This document shows, one piece after another, positions 15,401 to 20,307 of a DNA stretch of 20,307 nt. The notes beneath the pieces are model-generated. The model was not told the DNA's origin. It did no database searches and worked only from the letters and a program-made list of their open reading frames with translations. The position numbers were made by a program, and so were the translations under genes. Source of the stretch: Verrucomicrobiota bacterium (GTDB lineage: Bacteria > Verrucomicrobiota > Verrucomicrobiia > Limisphaerales > CANJXF01); contig JBBQRQ010000092.1 of NCBI GenBank assembly GCA_038214755.1, forward strand, positions 1 through 20,307, written 5' to 3'. Position 1 is the first letter of the stretch; the number at the start of each line of letters is the position of its first letter.

Positions 15401-18400
15401 TCCCCATCAAAATTTCAAAATTCGTCAGCACATCGCCCAACGCATCGCCGCGCGTGCCGAGGCCAGTTCGCAAACTCACCGTCACGGGAGATTCCGCACC
15501 GAGGTAGGAAACGATGTCGAGGCCGGGGCCGCCATCGAGCATGTCCGCGCCGGGGCCGCCGACCAAATAATCATCGCCGTCGCCGCCTTCGAGGATGTCA
15601 TTACCTTCGCCGCCTTCGAGTTGATCGCTTCCACCGTGACCGCGAATCGTGTCGTTGCCTGCTTCACCGCGCAGCAAACTGTCATCCCCTTCACTCCCAT
15701 CCATTATATCGTCGTGCGTGGTGCCTTCATAACGTTCGATAGAAATCAATGTGTCGCCCGTGGCCGCACCGCCGAAGTACCCCGTCCGTAAATCCATCAC
15801 CAGCGCGATGGACGAACCAACCCACGACGCCGTGTCCAAACCAGGGCCACCATCCAACATATCGAAGCCGTCACCGCCATTGAGTTCGTCGTTGTCCGCG
15901 CCACCGAGAAGAATGTCGTTGCCTCCGCGCCCGCTCAAATTATCCGGGCCGTCGCCACCCTCCAGCACATCATTGCCGCCGCCGCCCGTGAGTTTGTCGA
16001 AACCTGGTCCGCCGGTAAAATGCACCGGCACGTTCATATCTGCCGCCGTGGTCAGCGAATCGCCGCGCAAATTCCCATCCGCGAGGATCAACGACGGCAA
16101 CGGAAAATCATTTTTCGCATTGAACGCAAATACGGTCACTCCGCCTGAACTGGAATTACCGACGAAAAATTCCTCCGCGCGATCTTCGAGGTCGCCATGC
16201 AAACGGAACGACGCACGGGCGCCGACATTCAGCACGAGTTCATTGTCGCCAGCGTGGAAATTGCCCAGCACTGGCGTTTGATCCACCTGCGTGTCAAAAC
16301 TGATCAGAGTCACGCGTGGACTTTCAAAATCGAAGGAAACGGAGAATGGCGTGAGGCCGATTTCGAGATAAGCGCGCAGTCCGGCGGACAAACTTCCCGA
16401 CGCATAAAACAACTTGGTCAACGGCGTGTTCAGCAAGGTCTGCCCACGCACGCGTCCCTGCCCATCCCCCAACAAATTATCGAGGTAAATTCCCACCGTC
16501 GCTGTGAGATCGCCTTCCACGCCAACGGATGCGATAACAATGTTCGCTGCAATCCCCGCCGTGATGCCTGCGGACAAAGTAATTCCCGTCAGCGGTTGTC
16601 CCATTTCATCCAGCGCCGAAGCAAAAAATCCGTTGTTAAGCAAATCGCTGTTGGCGCTGCCGCCGGAATAAAAATCAAAAACGCCCTGCGTGTCGTAGCC
16701 GAAACCAAATTGGGTTTTCAGTCCGACGTGTCCGCCCAAAGTAATTCCCACCGGTCCCAGCACCGGAAAAAATTGTTGGAACTGTTCGCTGAATTCAATC
16801 TCGCCTGAACGCCAGGTGAACAACGTTGCGTTGCGACCGAGCAATAAATTCGCCGCCACATTCGCGTCGTCGAGAATCGGAAAGGCCAACCCCGAAATGG
16901 CCGCCGCCTTGTTTTTGAAATTCGCCAGAGCGGAATTGCCCGAACCAGTCGCCGGCCGACTCAACGCGCCGGGGAGATCGTCCAGCTTATCGTCGCGCAG
17001 ATCACCGCCGAGCGCGTAACTGCCGAGATCGACAAAAACACTGGAATTCCCCGACGTGTTGCGGGCGAAGTTGGCCAGGTCGATCAACGCGGCCAATTCA
17101 CCCAGCGCGGCGACGGTCGATTCATCCACGCCAAGAATAGTGAGAATCGTCACCGCGTCCGAACCGAGATCGCTCAACAACGGAATCACCGCCGTGAGCA
17201 CGTCGATGACGGGTTGCAGCGGCTTGGTCGTTTGATCGATTTGATCGAGCGCGCGCTCGGCAAACGCTTTGAAAAACGATTCAAGATTGATGCGATTATT
17301 TTCCAGCGTCAGCGTCGGCACGCTGCCAAAAATGGAATTATTGTCGTTCGGATTTACGGTCGCCGCTGTGAAATTCCAGAGCAATTTGAAATCGGTCCCC
17401 ACTTGCGGAAGCATCGCTGCCCCCGGCAGCGACGAGAGTAATTTGAACGAAAGTTTGGTGTTGCCGGTAACGGTCGCATCAAGCAAATCCGGCGAGCCGG
17501 AAAGTTCGCTGACACGCAATTGGCCGTCGCCGTTCGGGTCTTTCAGGATGACGAGGAAATTGAGTGGAACGCTCGTTCGATTTGTGGTGTTGTCGGTGAG
17601 CGTGAACGGCAATCGCGCGAATCGAACCGCGTTGCTCAGATTGCCAATGGTGTTTGTCGTGTTGAACTGCATCGGCGCGCCGGTGGTTTCCAAATAAAAT
17701 CCGCTTCCGTCCACGCCGGAAGTGAAATTGAAAATCACGCCCAGCGCGGAAGAACAATTCGTCTGGTTGAGCGTGAACAACTGCGCGTTGGGGATTCCGA
17801 AATTCGTCGCGAGCGGAATGGCGGTTGCGGCGAATGTGTCGGAACTGGTGAAAACCAATTGCACAAAATCATTCGGCGTCGTCACCACGACTCCGCTGCC
17901 CGCATTGAAACCCGCGCTGGTGAGCCGTGTGTTGATGGCCGTTTGGAGATTCGTCGGCGAGTAATCCGCTTGATTGGTCAGCGTACTGAGGCCGTTAACA
18001 ATGTTCGTGCGCAGCGTATTCACGTAACGAAAACCCCCGACGTTGTTCGACCACGCGAGAACGAAATTTGTTCCGACCAGAGGCAACGTTTCCGCAAAAA
18101 CTTGTTGCACCAAATTTTGCTCGATGGCCGTGAGCGTTTGGGAAAGTCCATCCTTGAGCGCGTTGACTTCAGCTTGCGTGACACGACCGTTCAATCCTGA
18201 AGGGGAAACCGAGCGCGCGTCCCGACCCAGCCAACGCGATCGCGGCGCGGCGGAAACTTGACCGTCCGGTCCTCGCCCATCGCGTTCTAAAACTGTTTGA
18301 GTCGATGAAGTTTTCCCTCCGGCCAACACACTTGGCTCACTCCCAGGATTCGCTAAAAAGATGTCCCGGAACTCCGCCGGGCCCTCGCGCAAACGCGGGC

Positions 18401-18602
18401 CGGTTTCTTCTCCGGCCCGAAGCGGTGGCAGGAGTTGCTTTTTATTTTCCCGTTGAATTTCATGGATTGGCCTTGAAACGGATGACGTGAAATCCTGTAC
18501 GGGCTTAGCGGATGAAGGTCCGTTTTGAGTTAAGAGAAGACTGAAATAGAAACCCACGCCGATGACAAGAATGGCGATAAAATAAAGTCGTTGTTTCATC
18601 AC
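12486..18602 (-). CDS. Large RTX-repeat (hemolysin-type calcium-binding) surface/secreted protein, about 2038 aa
   Basis: Many GGxGxDxLx nonapeptides across roughly 13100-16010. Hydrophobic N-terminus (KQRLYFIAILVIGVGFYFSLLL) and a beta-rich N-terminal half. Start is GTG 18602 or ATG 18599. Confidence 0.9.
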   Translation of the reverse strand: MMKQRLYFIAILVIGVGFYFSLLLTQNGPSSAKPVQDFTSSVSRPIHEIQRENKKQLLPPLRAGEETGPRLREGPAEFRDIFLANPGSEPSVLAGGKTSSTQTVLERDGRGPDGQVSAAPRSRWLGRDARSVSPSGLNGRVTQAEVNALKDGLSQTLTAIEQNLVQQVFAETLPLVGTNFVLAWSNNVGGFRYVNTLRTNIVNGLSTLTNQADYSPTNLQTAINTRLTSAGFNAGSGVVVTTPNDFVQLVFTSSDTFAATAIPLATNFGIPNAQLFTLNQTNCSSALGVIFNFTSGVDGSGFYLETTGAPMQFNTTNTIGNLSNAVRFARLPFTLTDNTTNRTSVPLNFLVILKDPNGDGQLRVSELSGSPDLLDATVTGNTKLSFKLLSSLPGAAMLPQVGTDFKLLWNFTAATVNPNDNNSIFGSVPTLTLENNRINLESFFKAFAERALDQIDQTTKPLQPVIDVLTAVIPLLSDLGSDAVTILTILGVDESTVAALGELAALIDLANFARNTSGNSSVFVDLGSYALGGDLRDDKLDDLPGALSRPATGSGNSALANFKNKAAAISGLAFPILDDANVAANLLLGRNATLFTWRSGEIEFSEQFQQFFPVLGPVGITLGGHVGLKTQFGFGYDTQGVFDFYSGGSANSDLLNNGFFASALDEMGQPLTGITLSAGITAGIAANIVIASVGVEGDLTATVGIYLDNLLGDGQGRVRGQTLLNTPLTKLFYASGSLSAGLRAYLEIGLTPFSVSFDFESPRVTLISFDTQVDQTPVLGNFHAGDNELVLNVGARASFRLHGDLEDRAEEFFVGNSSSGGVTVFAFNAKNDFPLPSLILADGNLRGDSLTTAADMNVPVHFTGGPGFDKLTGGGGNDVLEGGDGPDNLSGRGGNDILLGGADNDELNGGDGFDMLDGGPGLDTASWVGSSIALVMDLRTGYFGGAATGDTLISIERYEGTTHDDIMDGSEGDDSLLRGEAGNDTIRGHGGSDQLEGGEGNDILEGGDGDDYLVGGPGADMLDGGPGLDIVSYLGAESPVTVSLRTGLGTRGDALGDVLTNFEILMGSGLPKQPGSVLASGDDLEGSDNADTIYGMDGADTIHGLGGNDIIYGNHPDAVGSLKPGYDADKIYGGAGNDVIYGQADDDTLDGEDGVDMLYGGTGNDHLITMDLLNPDYLEGGEGFNRLSADYSDKITPLNFIVGRTNSFSFPDGDTFTNMQTLGTLKATSSNDVIRLAAQQEVSFYSKTIDAGAGDDLVIADWRGFYGVSPNQFRTTDVLIGGPGNDTLSFEQSIASVTVNLANNTVGGAAAGLTISGFENLIGTLSADFLTGDTNDNIINPIATLPLQPGSIQNDRVDGGNGSDTLRLDFSILAEVNSKGVSMGPNSGAGYMTIALGQSPSPFGVTALLSYLSIERFELIGGATNDQFYGEAVGAYVNSSTYTDRFFGMGGNDHLEGRWGDDYLDGGEGDDTLLAGAGNDTVIGGPGNDSITFAYADNSFSTYGTDICDAGPGDDFVRDANAPGNDSSQATATTVFKFDGGEGYDTLQIDVGNMTTPFIFDENNPPAEIILPNGGYLRNFEHITAITTGSGNDILILPGRVNNTIAMKTGDDVLNPGIGFDSVNGGTGGDDLLILDYSVGDDADTAGIIWNPNISTYQRRLISTNVVVDQLSVVGFERVHFIGTSKADNIIGYSGDDQIFGGAGNDTISASSGNDWIDGGLGADTMLGSTGNDTFIVDDPGDVVTESSGQGTDTVRASIDYTLPANVEYLVLTGSATNATGNSSANILTGNSRNNYLRGEGGIDTLDGGGGAHEIDRLNGGANADTFVLGNGGTRYYDDGNPATPGLDGYALIEDFLPSQGDRLKLAGSAVQYFLTNSPIAGITGWGLYHDSNGNTNFDAATDELIAILQSTETLTVSNTINNALYTSFVDPAVVGLTTNSLQTTVTNDGAEKHFTVSFSILEPMTNGITLAIQSSTDLGVDDPWLTIASKIGAAAWTGSATISVGTPANGRVTVTITETQPVTLSPKQFFRALLSQP

Positions 18603-18678
18603 TTTAGCTTCTCGCGAAACGGAAAACTAAAGCGAGTCTTTTCGCCAGATTAAGCGACGAAAAATTTCAGCGCATCCG

Positions 18679-20076
18679 TCAGGACACGATTAGCCGCTGG
18701 CACTCGCCCTCCATCAATCGCAACGCTTCTACAATCACGTCGTCTTTGACGTCCAGCACCGGGCGCAGGCGGATGGACTTTTCGCCACAACGAACGACGA
18801 GCAGGCCCAGTTCGTAAGCGCCTTTCCAGAATTGATCGCGCATTTGGCGATTCGGCAAATCAAAGGCGAGCAACAAACCGCGTCCCCGCACCGCGCTGAT
18901 GATGGTGGGATATTTTTTCACCAGATTTTCCAAACCTCTTCTGAAAACGTCACCTTGGACGCGCGCGTTCTCGACCAACCTTTCTTTTTCGATGATGCGG
19001 AGATAATGCGTCGAGCGTACGTAATCGGTGAAGTTTCCGCCAAACGTCGAATTGATGCGGCTGGGCAAACGGAAAACATTGTCGTTCACTTCGTCGAGGC
19101 GCGGGCCGGCCATGATCCCGCAGACTTGTGATTTTTTTCCGAAACACAAAAGGTCGGGCAACACGCCAAAATGTTCGCAGCACCAATTTTTTCCAGTGAT
19201 GCCCATGCCGACTTGCACTTCGTCGAAAATTAGAAGGAGATCGTTTTCGTCGCAAATTTTTCGCAGGGTTTGAAACCATTCACGACGGAAATGGACGTCG
19301 CCGCCCTCGCCTTGCACTGGCTCGATGATGATCGCGGCAATATCAATTCCTTTTTTTGCGATCACTTCGCGGATCTGCGTTTCAGATTTTTTCTCGGCGG
19401 CGATGACACTTTTTGTGCGTTCGTTTTCGGGCAAAGAAAAATTGATTCCGGGCGCGCTGATTCGTGGCCACGGAAATTTTGCAAAATAGTCAACCTTCCG
19501 GGGATCGGTGTTGGTCAGGCTCATCGTGTAACCGCTGCGCCCGTGGAAAGCATTTTCGAAATGGATAATCTCAGTCCCGCGTTCGCCTTTTCCTGCAGCG
19601 AGATTTTTGCGGACCTTCCAATCCATCGCGGCCTTCAACGCGTTTTCCACCGCGAGCGCGCCGCCTTCGATAAAAAAATAACGCTCAAGCGGCGGCAAAC
19701 CCATCACGCGCGCGAACGTATCTACGAAGGACGCATATTGCGTGGAATACATGTCGGCGTTGGCGACTTTGATTTTCGCGGCGGCGAGCAGGTCGGCTAC
19801 GACTTCTGGTTTGTCGAAATGCGAATGGTTGTAGCCAATCGGTTGCGACGCGTAAAAAGTGTAGAGATCAATAAATGGACGGCCACTAACCGCATCCACC
19901 AGAGTCGAACCGCGACTTTTTTTCAGGTCGATGACGATCTTAAAACCATCGAGAAGAATATGTTTTTCCAACTCGGAAAGGACTCGCTCGGGTGGTATGG
20001 AACCGGCGTTCGAGGCGGGTTCGTTTTCGCCAATTGGTGGAGTTAAAACTTTTTCCAGAGTCTGCATAAATGTCAT
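18679..20076 (-). CDS. lat: L-lysine 6-aminotransferase (class III PLP aminotransferase)
   Basis: FFIEGGALAVENALKAAMDWK, AFHGRSGYTMSLTNTDP, IEPVQGEGGD, FDEVQ, FGKKSQVCG, SRINSTFGGN. Start is ATG 20076 or 20067. Confidence 0.88.
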   Translation of the reverse strand: MTFMQTLEKVLTPPIGENEPASNAGSIPPERVLSELEKHILLDGFKIVIDLKKSRGSTLVDAVSGRPFIDLYTFYASQPIGYNHSHFDKPEVVADLLAAAKIKVANADMYSTQYASFVDTFARVMGLPPLERYFFIEGGALAVENALKAAMDWKVRKNLAAGKGERGTEIIHFENAFHGRSGYTMSLTNTDPRKVDYFAKFPWPRISAPGINFSLPENERTKSVIAAEKKSETQIREVIAKKGIDIAAIIIEPVQGEGGDVHFRREWFQTLRKICDENDLLLIFDEVQVGMGITGKNWCCEHFGVLPDLLCFGKKSQVCGIMAGPRLDEVNDNVFRLPSRINSTFGGNFTDYVRSTHYLRIIEKERLVENARVQGDVFRRGLENLVKKYPTIISAVRGRGLLLAFDLPNRQMRDQFWKGAYELGLLVVRCGEKSIRLRPVLDVKDDVIVEALRLMEGECQRLIVS

Positions 20077-20180
20077 TTCAACGTAGGGAGCGCCTCCGGT
20101 TGGTTCAAGGAAAATGGAATTCGCGAGGCTGCGGAAAGAAATGAAAACGGTGGTCAATTTGAGAGCAGGTTTGCCCAAAT

Positions 20181-20281
20181 GGAAAGGAGCGCGGACGTTC
20201 TCGTCCGCGTGTGTTTAAACGAACCAACTCGGGCTTTTCACTTCGGCATACACGCGGACGTCAACGCCCGCGCTCCTTTCC
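20181..20281. repeat. REP-like doublet, family B, copy 2 (intergenic)
   Basis: 32-bp inverted arms at 20181-20212 and 20250-20281 with 3 mismatches; hairpin GCGGACG-TTCT-CGTCCGC. Confidence 0.9.
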
Positions 20282-20307
20282 GTCTGGGTTTTTCTCAGCG
20301 AGCTTTG

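Noticed and set aside
12492..20046. Numerous plus-strand ORFs antisense to the RTX and lat genes (likewise opposite argG and GH10)
   Set aside because: These are shadow ORFs expected in GC-rich coding DNA and show no recognisable motifs.
20077..20307. Lysine riboswitch upstream of lat
   Set aside because: The structure present is explained by a family B doublet, and no riboswitch consensus was recognised.
1..20307. tRNA, rRNA, integrase or transposase genes
   Set aside because: None recognised in the short intergenic spaces or the ORF set.

Overview
Bacterial chromosomal window, probably Verrucomicrobiota. This is inferred from two secreted proteins sharing an 'I-[EQ]-SST-[ND]-L..W ... [RQ]FFRA' module and from the style of the repeats. 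Most genes are on the minus strand. Contents in order: a 5'-truncated GH10 glycoside hydrolase, a two-CDGSH Fe-S protein and a DUF3833-like lipoprotein. Next is an accessory patch downstream of argG holding a DUF433/DUF5615 toxin-antitoxin pair, a truncated antitoxin remnant, and an AT-richer coupled pair made of an unknown 222-aa protein and a NucC/DUF6602-like nuclease. Then come argG, a quinone oxidoreductase, a PaaK-like CoA ligase, a DMT-like membrane protein, a lipoprotein, a thioesterase, a GT4 glycosyltransferase, a 2038-aa RTX-repeat protein and a lysine 6-aminotransferase. Three points stand out. (1) There is a candidate undescribed two-gene defence module: a NucC-like nuclease with no cyclase in the window. 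(2) At least five different REP-like hairpin families are present, mostly as inverted doublets. Four copies overlap stop codons and two doublets appear to be translated in frame inside proteins. (3) The RTX protein has an N-terminal signal/anchor and a C-terminal module also found inside the GH10 enzyme. All family assignments are from motif recognition by eye; no searches were run.
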